A stretch of DNA of 64,000 bases from an uncultured Bacillota bacterium (lineage in GTDB: Bacteria > Sysuimicrobiota > Sysuimicrobiia > Sysuimicrobiales > Segetimicrobiaceae). The notes beneath the pieces were generated by a model that saw only the letters and a list, made by a program, of their open reading frames with translations, ran no database searches and was not told the DNA's origin. The translations under genes and the position numbers were made by a program. The stretch is taken from the NCBI GenBank assembly GCA_963804645.1, contig CAWDRG010000017.1, forward strand, positions 96,001 to 160,000, written 5' to 3'. Numbering within the stretch: the first letter of the stretch is position 1; the number at the start of each line of letters is the position of its first letter. Of the stretch, positions 20,425-31,134 are shown piece by piece.

Positions 20425-22329
20425 TCAGGGACGAATCTCCTGGATCAACCGGTCGTCGATGTACACCTGAACGATCGTATACCCAATCCCGGTGACGTCC
20501 CGCTCGATGTTCTCGCCGGGGCCGCGGTTCCCCTGGTAGACGACGTGGACGCCCTGCTGATCGATGACCACGATCTTCACCAGCTGGTGGGACGGCCCCG
20601 CGGGCACGACGAGCTTCACGTGCGCGACGCGCCGGTCCGCGACGGGGGCCGACGCCGACACCGGCGCCGGCGGGGTCGCCGTCACGATCGGCTGCGGCGG
20701 CGGCGCCTGCGCGCCGTTCGGGGTTGAGCGGACCGCGATCGTCACCCCGACCGCGTCGCCGTGCTGAATCTGGGTGCCCGCCGCCGGGGTCATCGCCACG
20801 ATCTGTCCGGGGGGCACGTCGTCGCGGGGCGCCTGGATGACCTCCCGCAGCGTCACGCCGAGATCCTGGAGGGTCCGCCGCGCCTGGTCGAGCGACATGC
20901 CGACGAGATCGGGCAGCACCACGACCGCGGTCCCCTTGCTGATCGTCAGGTTGACCGTGGCGCCGCGCTCGATCGACGCGCCCGGCGCCGGATCCTGGGA
21001 CACGATAAACCCGGACGGCACGGTGTCGTCGTATGCCTCGCGCAGCTCACCGACCACCAGCTGCGACGCCTCGATCGTAAAGCGCGCCTCCTCGACCGAA
21101 CGCCGCCGCACGTCCGGGACCGAGAGCATGACCGGGCCGAGGCTCGTGGTCAGCGCGATGACGCGGTTCACTTTCACGGCCTGTCCGGCCGGCGGGTCCT
21201 GCCCGACCACCCAGCCCGCAGGGACGGTCGCGCTGTTCACCTGCTGGACCACCTGCACGCCGAGCCGGTCCTCCCGCGCGACCGTCTGCGCCTCGGGCAG
21301 CGTGCGCCCCACGAAGTCGGGCGTCTTCACCTCCGGCACGTTCAGGTACGCGTTCAGCGCCTGCCAGCCCACGGCGATGCCGACGAACACCGCCAAGAGC
21401 ACGATCGCGGCCGCGATAAACGGCGCCGCCGCGCGCGCGGACGGCCCGGCCGCTCCGCCGCGGCGCGGCCGCACGAGCGAGGTCGACTCGACGTCCGGGC
21501 CGCGCGTCCGCCAGTGCTCGCTCGCGCCGAGCAGGTCGCTTTGCATCTCGGCCGCCGTCCGGTACCGGGCCTCGGGCGCCTTGGCCAGCGCCTTGAGGAT
21601 GATCCCCTCCATCGAGGGCGTGAGCGGCCGTCCGTCGCGGCGGGGCGCCGGTACCGGCTCCTGCATGTGCTTGAGCGCGATCGTGATCGGTGTATCCCCG
21701 TCGAACGGCAGGGTGCCCGTCACCATCTCGTACAGGACGACGCCGAGCGAATACAGGTCGGCGGTGTGCCCGACCCCGAAGCCGCGCGCCTGCTCGGGCG
21801 ACAGATACTGGACGGAGCCCAGCACCGTCCCGGTCTCCGTGATCGTCGTCGACGCGAGCGCGCGCGCGATCCCGAAGTCGGTCACCTTCACCCGGCCGCT
21901 GCGGTCGATCAGGATGTTCTGCGGCTTGATGTCGCGGTGGACGATCCCCTGCGTGTGCGCGTACTGCAGCGCGTCGCAGACCTGCTCCGCGATCTCGCGC
22001 GCCCGCACCTCGTTCACGCGGCCCGCGCGCCGCAGGAGCGTCTTCAGGTCGTCGCCCTCGACGAACTCCATCACGATGTAGTGCACGTCGCCGTCGCGGC
22101 CCCAGTCGTACACCTGAACCATGTGCGGGTGCGACAGGCGCGCGACCGCCTGCGCCTCCCGCTCGAAGCGTGCGACGAACTCGGCGTTGTGGGCGTACTG
22201 GTCGCGCAGAATCTTGATCGCCACCGGCCGCCCGTCGTCGGCCCGCCGCCCCCGGTAGATGATCGCCATCCCGCCCTCGCCGAGCGGGCCCAGCACCTCG
22301 TACCGTCCGTCGAGGATGCGGCCGATCAC
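20425..22329 (-). CDS. pknB: PASTA-domain Ser/Thr protein kinase (PknB/PrkC)
   Basis: LGEGGMA, HRDIKPQN, DFGIARA, YLSPEQARG, a TM helix and three PASTA repeats. Confidence 0.93.
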   Translation of the reverse strand: MIGRILDGRYEVLGPLGEGGMAIIYRGRRADDGRPVAIKILRDQYAHNAEFVARFEREAQAVARLSHPHMVQVYDWGRDGDVHYIVMEFVEGDDLKTLLRRAGRVNEVRAREIAEQVCDALQYAHTQGIVHRDIKPQNILIDRSGRVKVTDFGIARALASTTITETGTVLGSVQYLSPEQARGFGVGHTADLYSLGVVLYEMVTGTLPFDGDTPITIALKHMQEPVPAPRRDGRPLTPSMEGIILKALAKAPEARYRTAAEMQSDLLGASEHWRTRGPDVESTSLVRPRRGGAAGPSARAAAPFIAAAIVLLAVFVGIAVGWQALNAYLNVPEVKTPDFVGRTLPEAQTVAREDRLGVQVVQQVNSATVPAGWVVGQDPPAGQAVKVNRVIALTTSLGPVMLSVPDVRRRSVEEARFTIEASQLVVGELREAYDDTVPSGFIVSQDPAPGASIERGATVNLTISKGTAVVVLPDLVGMSLDQARRTLQDLGVTLREVIQAPRDDVPPGQIVAMTPAAGTQIQHGDAVGVTIAVRSTPNGAQAPPPQPIVTATPPAPVSASAPVADRRVAHVKLVVPAGPSHQLVKIVVIDQQGVHVVYQGNRGPGENIERDVTGIGYTIVQVYIDDRLIQEIRP

Positions 22330-23744
22330 GGGTGGGCCGCCTCCGCGGCCTGCGCGGCGAGCGCCGCCACGAGCACGCGCCGCGCCGCGGGCGCGGCGGC
22401 CTGCCCGCCGACGCCGGCGTGTTCCAGGACGACCGCGACCGCAACGGTCGGGTGGTCGGCCGGCGCGAACGCGATGAACCACGCGTGCGTCGGCCCGTCG
22501 GGGTTCTCGGCCGTCCCGGTCTTCCCCGCGACGGCCACCCCGGGAATTTGGGCCGCGGTCCCGGTCCCGCGCGCCACGACCTCGCCCATGTCCTGCGCGA
22601 TCTCGGCGTTGATGGCGGGAGGCAGCACGACCTGCGTGCCGCGCTCGGCGTACGACTCGAGGATCCGACCGTCGAACGTGCGCACCTGCGACAGCACAAA
22701 CGGCCGCATCAGCACGCCGCGGTTGGCAATCGTCCCGGCGACCAGCGCCATCTGCAGCGGGGTGACGAGCAGGCTGCCCTGCCCGAACGAGATCTGCGCC
22801 AGGCCCCGCGGGCCGAGCGTGCCGGCATCGGGCAGATGGCCGGACGCCGCCGGCAGGTCGAAGCGCGGCGCCCGTCCGAGCCCGAAGGAGCGCGCCGCGC
22901 CGAGAATCGCGTCCGCGCCGGTCGCGAGGCCGATCTGGACGAACGCGACATTGCACGACACCGCGAACGCCTGCGGCACCGTCATCATGCCGTACTGCTC
23001 GTGCTCGAAGTTGCGGATCACGGCCCCCTGCACGGTGATCGACGCGGCGCAGTTCACCGCCGTCTGCTGCGTGACGCGGCCGCGCTCGAGCGCCGCGGCG
23101 AGGACGATGGGCTTGAACGAGGACCCCGGCGCGTATTCGCCCGAGGTCGCGCGGTCGAGCAGCGGAGCCCCGGGGTCGCGGGACAGCACGGGCCACGCCG
23201 CGTCGATCGACGCGGGGTCGAACCCGGGCGCGCTCGCGAGCGCGAGGACGGCTCCCGTGCGGGGATCGAGGGCGACGACGGCGCCCCGCGCGCCGTCGAG
23301 CGCCTGGACGGCGGCCCGCTGGACGGCGCTGTCGATCGTGAGCACCAGGTCGTTCCCCCGCGGCCGCCGCCCCGCCGCCTCCTGCAGCGCCTCCCAGGGG
23401 TCGCGGGCCGGCAGCCCCAGCAGCGCGGGATCGTACCGAGCCTCGAGCCCGCTCAGGCCGTACCGGGCGCTTCGGTAGCCGAGCAGGTGCGCGAGCGACG
23501 AACCGGCCGCGTAGCGCCGCACCTGGCGCCCGTCCTGCGTGGTCGAGTCCGTGAGGACCGCGAGGTGCCGGTCGAGGATGCGCCCCCACTGCACCTGCTG
23601 CGCGGTGATCGCGAGGCGCGGGTTCTGCGCGGTATCCGCCAGGCGCGGCCCCCAGATCACCTGCACGCCGGCGAGGTACACCAGCAGCACCACGAACAGC
23701 CCCGCCAAGAGGCGCCCGAGGTTAGCGATGCGCCGGAGCACCAC
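22326..23744 (-). CDS. Class B penicillin-binding protein (PbpA-like)
   Basis: SxxK (PGSSFK), SCN, KTGTAE. Confidence 0.9.
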   Translation of the reverse strand: MVLRRIANLGRLLAGLFVVLLVYLAGVQVIWGPRLADTAQNPRLAITAQQVQWGRILDRHLAVLTDSTTQDGRQVRRYAAGSSLAHLLGYRSARYGLSGLEARYDPALLGLPARDPWEALQEAAGRRPRGNDLVLTIDSAVQRAAVQALDGARGAVVALDPRTGAVLALASAPGFDPASIDAAWPVLSRDPGAPLLDRATSGEYAPGSSFKPIVLAAALERGRVTQQTAVNCAASITVQGAVIRNFEHEQYGMMTVPQAFAVSCNVAFVQIGLATGADAILGAARSFGLGRAPRFDLPAASGHLPDAGTLGPRGLAQISFGQGSLLVTPLQMALVAGTIANRGVLMRPFVLSQVRTFDGRILESYAERGTQVVLPPAINAEIAQDMGEVVARGTGTAAQIPGVAVAGKTGTAENPDGPTHAWFIAFAPADHPTVAVAVVLEHAGVGGQAAAPAARRVLVAALAAQAAEAAHP

Positions 23745-25029
23745 GCACCTCCGCGGCCGCGGGGGGCCGGCGGCTCACGCCGAGCAGCAGCCCGAGGGCG
23801 ACGAAGTTGCTGACCGCCGCGCTCCCGCCGTACGTGAGAAACGGCGCCGGGATGCCGGTCAGCGGGATCAGGCGTGTGCTGCCGCCGAGGATGATGAACG
23901 CCTGCAACCCGAGCGCCGTGGCGAGCCCCGCGGCGATGAGCGACTCAAACGCGCCCGGCGCACGCGCCGCGATGCGAAACATCCGTCCGATCAGCAGCAG
24001 GTACAGCGCCACCACGCAGAAGGTCCCGGCCGCGCCCAGTTCCTCGCCGATCGCCGGGAAGATCATGTCGGTGTAGGCCGCGGGCATCAGATCCGGGTGC
24101 CCCGCCCCTAGCCCCGTGCCGACGACGCCGCCGGTGGCGAGGCCGTACAGGCCTTGGAGGATCTGGTAGCCGCCGGTGGAGGCGGAGGCCCACGGGTTCG
24201 CCCACACGTCGACGCGCACCCGCACGTGCCCGAACAGGTGGTAGCAGACCGCGGCGCCGACGAGGAACGCGGCCAGCCCGAGCACCACGTAGTCTCCCCG
24301 GCCGGTCGCGACGTAGAGCATCGCGATGAAAATGCCGTAGTACAGCATCGCCAGGCCGAGATCGCGCTGGAACACGAGCAGCAGCAGCGCGCCGACGCAG
24401 CACAGCAGCATCGGGCCGAGCCGTCCGACCTCGGCCCGCCAGCGGCGCGGTCCGGGCAGCGTCAACAGGCCCCGGGCATCGGTCAGCACCCCCGCGAAGA
24501 ACGCGACGAGCAGGAGCTTCACGACCTCGCCGGGCTCGACGGCGACGCCGCCGAGAAGCAGCCACTGCCGCGCCCCGTTGCGCTCGACCCCCACGAGCAC
24601 CGTCGCCAGCAGCAGCATCAGGCCGAGGACGGCGAAAAGGTACGCGTAGCGGCGCACCCAGCGCAGGTCGCGGAGCGTGCCGAGCACCACCAGCAGCGCC
24701 ACCAGGCCGAGGGCGATCCATCCGGCCTGGCGCACGAGGTAGTCGGGGCGCAGCCGGTAGACCATCACGAGCCCGACCGCCGACAGCCCGGCGGCGACCG
24801 GCAGCAGCACCTCGTCCGCCCCGTGTCCGGACGCGCACAGCGCGGCGTGGACGACGAGAAACCCGGCGAGCGCGACCGCGCCGACCACGATCGGGCGCCA
24901 CGAATCTTGAGGGTAGAGGGCGAGGTGCACCGCGGCGAGGCCGAGCGCGCCGAGTGCCAAGGCCCCGACGAGCAGGCCGCGCTCCCGCGCCCGGAGCGTC
25001 AGCGTGCCGGCGAGGCGGGCGGCCGTCAT
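23722..25029 (-). CDS. SEDS family protein (RodA/FtsW)
   Basis: NGARQW, QRDLG, TDMIFPAIGEELG, IPLTGIPAPFLTYGGS. Confidence 0.92.
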   Translation of the reverse strand: MTAARLAGTLTLRARERGLLVGALALGALGLAAVHLALYPQDSWRPIVVGAVALAGFLVVHAALCASGHGADEVLLPVAAGLSAVGLVMVYRLRPDYLVRQAGWIALGLVALLVVLGTLRDLRWVRRYAYLFAVLGLMLLLATVLVGVERNGARQWLLLGGVAVEPGEVVKLLLVAFFAGVLTDARGLLTLPGPRRWRAEVGRLGPMLLCCVGALLLLVFQRDLGLAMLYYGIFIAMLYVATGRGDYVVLGLAAFLVGAAVCYHLFGHVRVRVDVWANPWASASTGGYQILQGLYGLATGGVVGTGLGAGHPDLMPAAYTDMIFPAIGEELGAAGTFCVVALYLLLIGRMFRIAARAPGAFESLIAAGLATALGLQAFIILGGSTRLIPLTGIPAPFLTYGGSAAVSNFVALGLLLGVSRRPPAAAEVRGAPAHR

Positions 25030-25033
25030 CGCG

Positions 25034-26080
25034 TCACGGGCGGCGCACGAGGTCGTCGAGCAAATTCTGCGCCTCGTCCGGGCTGCGCACGGGAATTCCC
25101 TGCGTGAGCGACGCGCGGTACGCGGGCGCGACCTGCCCGATGCCGACCGCCGTCACACGCACCAGCGTGAACAAGGACACGCCGAGCACGCGCGCCGGCA
25201 CGCCGCGCATCACGGCGACGCGTCCCCCGCTCACGCCGAGGAAGTACGAGTGCTCGAGTTGATACACGCCGACGCCCACCGCGAGAAACGCCGCGAGCGC
25301 GGCCGGCGCCGCGACGCGGGCCAGCACGGCCGCCCACCGCGGACGCAGCCGCACCACGACCGCGGACGCGTTGTCGAGCCCGCCGCGTGCGTTCGCCAGC
25401 CCGACGAGCGTCTCGCACGCCGCCTCGGCGTCCGGCGTGCCGCGCAGCACGGCGGCGATCTCCTCCGCGGGCACGGCGCCCGAGACCCCGTCGCTGGTCA
25501 GGCAGAAGACGTCCCCGCTCCGCAGCGGCACGGTCAGGACGTCGGGTTGGACATCGGGCTCGACCCCCAGCGCGCGCGTCAGCACGTGCCGCTGTGCGTG
25601 CGCGTCCGCGTCCTGCGGCGCCACGCCGCCGTGACGGACGAGTTCCTGGACGAGCGAATGGTCGGTCGTCAGCTGCTGAATCTCGCGGCCGCGCAGCAGG
25701 TACGCACGGCTGTCCCCGACGTGCACGACGAGACCCTCGGTGCCGATGCACAGCAGCGCCGTGCACGTCGTCGCCATGCCGGCGCGGTCGGGGTCGGTCG
25801 CGCGCTCGCGAATCTCGTCGTTCGCGTCGCGGACGGCCCGGATCAGCGCCTCCTGGGGCGGCACCCGGGCCGCGAGCAGGGCCGGCACCGTTGCGCGCAG
25901 GACCTGGACGGCGAGCGCGCTGGCGACGCTGCCCGCCGCGTGCCCGCCCAGCCCGTCCGCGACCACGTACAGCGCCGCGCCGCGTCCCGCGTGCTCGAGC
26001 ATGAGCACGCGGTCTTCATTCACCTCGCGGACCCGCCCGGTGTCGCTGCACGCCGCCCCGGCGGCGGCGAGGCCTCTCAC
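25034..26080 (-). CDS. PP2C-type Ser/Thr phosphatase (Stp1/PstP) with C-terminal TM
   Basis: DTGRVREVNED, VADGLGGHAAG, HVGDSRAY, SDG, GGLDN. Confidence 0.92.
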   Translation of the reverse strand: MRGLAAAGAACSDTGRVREVNEDRVLMLEHAGRGAALYVVADGLGGHAAGSVASALAVQVLRATVPALLAARVPPQEALIRAVRDANDEIRERATDPDRAGMATTCTALLCIGTEGLVVHVGDSRAYLLRGREIQQLTTDHSLVQELVRHGGVAPQDADAHAQRHVLTRALGVEPDVQPDVLTVPLRSGDVFCLTSDGVSGAVPAEEIAAVLRGTPDAEAACETLVGLANARGGLDNASAVVVRLRPRWAAVLARVAAPAALAAFLAVGVGVYQLEHSYFLGVSGGRVAVMRGVPARVLGVSLFTLVRVTAVGIGQVAPAYRASLTQGIPVRSPDEAQNLLDDLVRRP

Positions 26081-26517
26081 GACACCGCGGCCCCGACGAC
26101 GGGTTCGGTGCGAAGCGCCAGCACCGCGTCCCCGATCGTGAGCCGGTCGCCGGGGCGGAGCGCCGCGGGCCGCCGGAGGCGCTGCCCGTTCAGCAGCGTG
26201 CCGTTCGTGCTGCGGAGATCCTCGACCCACACCCGCCCGCCGCGCTGGAACACGCGGGCGTGGTGGGCCGACACGAACCCGTCCTGCAGCATGATCGCGC
26301 ACTCGGGTGCGCGCCCGATGGTGGCCTCCCGGTCGACCAGAAACTCACGGCCCCGCAGCGGCTCGGGCTGCTCGACGACGAAGTAGGTGCGCGAGGACGC
26401 GGACGGCACCGCCCGGACCTCCAAGTCCGCCATGACCGCCCGGACCACGCGGCCGGCGAACACCAGGAGCCCCGCAAGAAACGCATACCGCAGCAGCGGC
26501 AGCAGGAGCGGCGTCAC
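26077..26517 (-). CDS. Membrane FHA-domain protein (FhaB/FipA-like)
   Basis: N-terminal TM; IGR, VSAHHA, STNGT. Confidence 0.9.
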   Translation of the reverse strand: MTPLLLPLLRYAFLAGLLVFAGRVVRAVMADLEVRAVPSASSRTYFVVEQPEPLRGREFLVDREATIGRAPECAIMLQDGFVSAHHARVFQRGGRVWVEDLRSTNGTLLNGQRLRRPAALRPGDRLTIGDAVLALRTEPVVGAAVS

Positions 26518-27248
26518 GGTCCCGTGATGAGCTCCAGCAGCACCGTCCCCAACTGCACGCGGTCGCCCGCGTGCAGCGGCACCGGGGCGGCGCCGGACCG
26601 CGTCCCGTTCACGAGGGTCCCGTTGGTGCTGCCGAGATCCGAGATCTCCGCCCGATCCGCGGCGAGGTCGATGCGCGCGTGCGTGCGGCTGACGCTCGGG
26701 TCGTTCAGCACGATGTCCTGGTCGGCCCGGCGGCCGATCGTCACCACGGGACCGATCCCCCCGAACTCCAGCCCCGCCGCGCCCGGCGGACCCGCGAGCA
26801 CGCGCAGGCGCACCCGCGGGGGATCGTCGCGCCGGCGGTAGATGCGCGTGTCCCCGTCGTCCCGGGGTTGCGGCGCCTCGTCGGGGACGAGCCGCGCCTC
26901 GACGTAGATCTCGCGCCGGGCGATCTCATCCCGCGCGTCCAGCGACACCCGCACCGCCCCGGGCACGCTCGCGCCCAGTTCGTCCACCCGCGCGCGCACC
27001 GCGGCCTCGAGCTCCACCGCCAGCGGGGCGGCCAGGTCGGCATACGGCGCGAACTCGTGCGGGTTGAGGAACACCTGATACACGTTCGGCACGATGAGCC
27101 CGCCGAGCCCCGCCACGGCACCCTCGTCCATCGCGCGGAACACGCGCCGGCCGATCTCCACGGGATGCACGCGGTCGTGTGCCCACGGCGCGAACACGCC
27201 CTCGACGAGCGCCTCGATCCGCCGCTCGAGCCGCAGGAGCAGGCTCAC
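26514..27248 (-). CDS. DUF3662 + FHA domain protein (FhaA-like)
   Basis: LERRIEALVEGVF..VHPVEIG..VPNVY; IGR, VSRTHA, STNGT. Confidence 0.9.
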   Translation of the reverse strand: MSLLLRLERRIEALVEGVFAPWAHDRVHPVEIGRRVFRAMDEGAVAGLGGLIVPNVYQVFLNPHEFAPYADLAAPLAVELEAAVRARVDELGASVPGAVRVSLDARDEIARREIYVEARLVPDEAPQPRDDGDTRIYRRRDDPPRVRLRVLAGPPGAAGLEFGGIGPVVTIGRRADQDIVLNDPSVSRTHARIDLAADRAEISDLGSTNGTLVNGTRSGAAPVPLHAGDRVQLGTVLLELITGP

Positions 27249-27279
27249 GGGCAGGCTCCTGCCGCGCCGACGGTGGGGC

Positions 27280-28404
27280 TCATCGCACGGCACCCCGCGC
27301 GGCCGGCACGGGCGTGGGCGTCCACCTCGACGGGCGCCCCTGCCCGTCCGCCAGGCGCAGCTGCCCGCATGCGGCCTGGATCTCCGTGCCCCGTTCGATC
27401 CGGACCGTGACGGGCAGGCCGGCCCGGCGCGCGATCGCCGCGAACGTGCGCACGCGCGCGATCTCCGGCCGGTGGAACGGGATCCCGACCACGGGGTTCA
27501 GGGGGATGAGGTTCACGTGGCAGTGCACGCCGCGCAGGAGCCGGCCGAGTTCGCGCGCCTCCGCGGGGCCGTCGTTGACCCCGTCGAGCAGCACGTACTC
27601 GAACGTGATCCGCCGATTCGTCTCCCGCACGTACGCGCGGCACGCGGGGATCAGCTCGGCAAGCGGATACCGGTGGTTCGCCGGGACGATCCGGTCGCGC
27701 AGCGCCTCGGTCGGCGCGTGCAGCGAGACCGCGAGGGTCAGCTGCAGCCGCTCACGGGCGAGCCGGTAGATCTGCGGCACCAACCCGACCGTCGAGATCG
27801 TCAGGCGCCGCATCCCGATCCCGAGCCCCCAGGGTGCGGCCAGGACCCGCGCGGTGCGGAGGACCGCGTCGAAGTTCGCGAGCGGCTCCCCCATCCCCAT
27901 GAACACGACGTTGGTCAGCCGCGTGCCGGACTCGTCGCGGATCATGAGGGCTTGACCGAGGATCTCGCCGGCCGCTAGGTTGCGCGAGAACCCGCTGAGC
28001 CCGGTGGCGCAGAACGCGCAGCCCATCGCGCACCCGACCTGCGAGCTCAGGCACGCGCTGCGCCGGCCGTCCTCAAACCGCATCAGCACGCACTCCACCG
28101 CCTGATCGTCGGCGAGTGCCACGAGATACTTGCGGGCGGAGCCATCGCCCGCGTCCTGCGTCCGACGCAGGCGAGGGACCGAGATCCGCGCGACCGCGCC
28201 GAGGCGGACGCGCAGCTCCTGCGGCAGGTCGGTCATCGCCTCGATCTCGTCGACCCCGTGGCCGTACAGCCACCGGGCGATCTGGCGGCCGCGATACTTC
28301 GGCTCCCCGAGGCGCGCGGCGAGTGCCTCGAGCTCCGGCAGCAGCAACCCGCGCAGCTCAAGCGGCGGCACGGCGCCCGACGGCGCGGACGCGGCCAGGG
28401 TCAC
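27280..28404 (-). CDS. rlmN: 23S rRNA (A2503-C2)-methyltransferase
   Basis: SSQVGCAMGCAFCATG, MGMGEP, AACGQL. Confidence 0.95.
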   Translation of the reverse strand: MTLAASAPSGAVPPLELRGLLLPELEALAARLGEPKYRGRQIARWLYGHGVDEIEAMTDLPQELRVRLGAVARISVPRLRRTQDAGDGSARKYLVALADDQAVECVLMRFEDGRRSACLSSQVGCAMGCAFCATGLSGFSRNLAAGEILGQALMIRDESGTRLTNVVFMGMGEPLANFDAVLRTARVLAAPWGLGIGMRRLTISTVGLVPQIYRLARERLQLTLAVSLHAPTEALRDRIVPANHRYPLAELIPACRAYVRETNRRITFEYVLLDGVNDGPAEARELGRLLRGVHCHVNLIPLNPVVGIPFHRPEIARVRTFAAIARRAGLPVTVRIERGTEIQAACGQLRLADGQGRPSRWTPTPVPAARGAVR

Positions 28405-29816
28405 GCCGCCCTCCGAAGGGCCGCGACGAAAAATCCGTCGGTGCCCGAGCGGTGCGGCAGGAGCGTCGCGGTCCCCGGAGCGCCCCAGTCCACGGACTTA
28501 TTCAGATCGACCGCCGCCGCGGCCGCGCCGTCCGGCCCCGGCGGCCACGCGGTGATCGGCAGCGGCTCGAACTCCGGGTGCGCCGCCAGGAACCCCGCGA
28601 CAACCTCGGGGCCTTCCTCGGGTTCAATCGTACACACGCTGTACACGAGTGTCCCTCCGCGCCGCACGGCGCCGGCCGCGCCGGCGAGAATGCGCCCCTG
28701 CTGCCCCGCGAGTTCGGCGAAGTCCCCGGGCCGCGCGCGCCACTTGATCTCGGGGCGGCGGCGCACGACGCCGAGGCCCGAGCACGGCGCGTCGACCAGC
28801 ACGCGGTCGGCGGCGCCGGGATACTCCTCGCCGAGCCGCGCCCCGTCGAGGAGGCGGGCGTCGACGATCGTCACGCCGAGCCGCTCGCACTGCCGTCCGA
28901 CGTCGTCGACTTTGCGCGACTGTACGTCGCACGCGATCAGGCGTCCCCGGTTTCCCATGAGCGCGGCGAGATGCGCGGTCTTACCGCCCGGCGCCGCGCA
29001 GGCGTCGATGACTATCTCTCCCGGCTGCGGCGCGAGCAGGCGCCCGACCAGCATCGACGCCTCGTCCTGCGGGGCGAACCATCCCTCGCGATACGCGGCC
29101 TGCCGCGCCGACGCGCGGGCGGCCTGGGCGGACTCCGGTCCCGCCCCGTCGGACGGGCCGGTCACGATGCGCCGCCCTTCCTCCAGCCACACCGACGGCA
29201 CGGTGTGCACCCCGCGGTCGGCGAGGCGGGACGCCAGGAGCGCCGGCGCGCCGCGCAGCGTGTTGAGCCGTACCGCGGACGGCGGGGTCACGTTATTCGC
29301 CTGGCACAGCGCCCGTGCGCCGTCCAGCCCGAATCGGTCGACCCACCGCGCGACGAGCCACTCCGGGTGCGAGTAGCGGACGGCGATCGCCCCGACGGTC
29401 TCCCCGTCGCCGGGGACCTCGGGCGACGCCGCCACGCGCCGCAGCACCGCGTTCACGAGACGCGCGGTGCCGTCGTGGCCGACGCGCTTGGCGAGCGCGA
29501 CCGCCTCGAAGCACGCGGCATGCGCGGGAATGCGGCGGACGAACAGCAGCTGATACGCGCCCATCCGCAGAATCGCACGAATCGGAGACGGCAGCGCGGC
29601 CAGCGAGGTGCGCGTGAAACGGGACAGCGACCAGTCCACCTCGGAACGGTGGCGCAGCGTCCCGTACGTCAGTTCCGTCGCCAGGGCCTCCTCGGCGGCG
29701 CCGAGCCGCGCCCGTTCGAGCAGGCGCCGAAGCAAGACGCCGCTCCACGCCCCGTCGGCATCGACCCGGTCGAGGACCTCGAGCGCGACTTCCCGCGAAG
29801 TGCGCGGCTCGCCCAT
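28401..29816 (-). CDS. rsmB: 16S rRNA (C967-C5)-methyltransferase
   Basis: NusB-like N-terminus, DACAAPGGKT, DAPCSGLG, YSVCT, DGFF. Confidence 0.95.
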   Translation of the reverse strand: MGEPRTSREVALEVLDRVDADGAWSGVLLRRLLERARLGAAEEALATELTYGTLRHRSEVDWSLSRFTRTSLAALPSPIRAILRMGAYQLLFVRRIPAHAACFEAVALAKRVGHDGTARLVNAVLRRVAASPEVPGDGETVGAIAVRYSHPEWLVARWVDRFGLDGARALCQANNVTPPSAVRLNTLRGAPALLASRLADRGVHTVPSVWLEEGRRIVTGPSDGAGPESAQAARASARQAAYREGWFAPQDEASMLVGRLLAPQPGEIVIDACAAPGGKTAHLAALMGNRGRLIACDVQSRKVDDVGRQCERLGVTIVDARLLDGARLGEEYPGAADRVLVDAPCSGLGVVRRRPEIKWRARPGDFAELAGQQGRILAGAAGAVRRGGTLVYSVCTIEPEEGPEVVAGFLAAHPEFEPLPITAWPPGPDGAAAAAVDLNKSVDWGAPGTATLLPHRSGTDGFFVAALRRAA

Positions 29817-29844
29817 CGAGCGCACGGCTTCGCGGAGCGCCGCG

Positions 29845-30546
29845 TCAGTCCTCCCGCCGCATGTTGGCGAGCAGGAGGAGCCGCGCCAGCTCCAAGATCG
29901 CCGTGGCGGCGGCCGCCACGTACGTGAGCGCCGCCGCGCTCAGCATCGCGCGGACACCGGTGAGCTCGTCCGAGGTCACCAGCCCCTCGCTGGTCAGCGC
30001 GCGCATCGCCCGCCCGCTCGCGTCGAACTCGACCGGCAGCGTGATGAGCGTGAACGCGACCGACACGCTATAGAAGAGAATGCCGAGCTCCATCAGCGGC
30101 CACGACGCGCCGGAATGGAACAAGAACCCGATGAAGAAGAGCGGCCACGCCAGGAACGACCCGAACTGCGCGACCGGGACGATGGTCGAGCGGAGCCAGA
30201 GCGGCGCGTAGTGGGCGGCGTGCTGCAGCGCGTGCCCGGTTTCGTGCGCCGCGACCCCGACCGACGCGATCGACGCGCCGTCGTACACGCCGGCCGACAG
30301 CCGCAGGACGCGCGTCCGCGGATCATAGTTGTCGGACAGCACGCCGTCGATCCGCTCCACCTGCACGCTGGACAGCCCGTTTCGGCGCAGGATCTCGCCG
30401 GCCGCCTCCGCGCCCGTCAGGCCCCGCGCGGTCGGGATCTGGCTGTAGCGCGCGTACGTGTTCCGCACTCGCATCTGCGCGTACAGGGCGAGGAGGATGG
30501 CCGGAACGACAATCATATAGGTCGGATCAAAGAAGAACGGAAACAT
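29845..30546 (-). CDS. Membrane zinc metallopeptidase (YugP-like)
   Basis: LSDNYDP, AAHETGHALQH, TLPVEFDAS, AAALTYVA. Confidence 0.92.
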   Translation of the reverse strand: MFPFFFDPTYMIVVPAILLALYAQMRVRNTYARYSQIPTARGLTGAEAAGEILRRNGLSSVQVERIDGVLSDNYDPRTRVLRLSAGVYDGASIASVGVAAHETGHALQHAAHYAPLWLRSTIVPVAQFGSFLAWPLFFIGFLFHSGASWPLMELGILFYSVSVAFTLITLPVEFDASGRAMRALTSEGLVTSDELTGVRAMLSAAALTYVAAAATAILELARLLLLANMRRED

Positions 30547-31134
30547 CGTACCTACACCTCGGTCCTATTTTAGCATACCCGTCCCAGCTGTCCGGACGGG
30601 TGCGGACGCAACCGCACTTCCTTAAAACGATCCGGCCGCACCGGTCATTTCCGTGTTGCGGCACCTCCCCCCCAAGACGTCGACGTGAGCCCGGACACGG
30701 ACACCCCGCTCGACGCCTCGGATCGACCGCAGGCGCGCGAGATAGGTTGGACGTCGGGGCGTGCGCGAATTCCGTGTGAGACGGATCCTATGGAACGATC
30801 ACTCGACGCGCTCCACAACGAGGTCGACGGATCGAAGCGCGTCGCCACCGCTCGGGCATCCGCGTCATTCGAATGCCCCGCCACCGAGCCGAGGGAGGCA
30901 CCGCGGAGGTCGACCGAGGGCCCGCGTACCGCCGGCCCGATTCTCTCAACTGAGCGCTACCATCCACGTTCCCGTGCAGACGCCGTTCTCCGTCAACTCC
31001 GGGTGAAACACCACGCCGAGCACCGACATCACGCCCAACCGACACACGTCGAGCCAGCCTCCTCCCACCACGAACCCTTGGATCGTACCGGCAGTACGGC
31101 GGCGTGCACGCGCCGTCCCCGAGTGGGGACGGGG

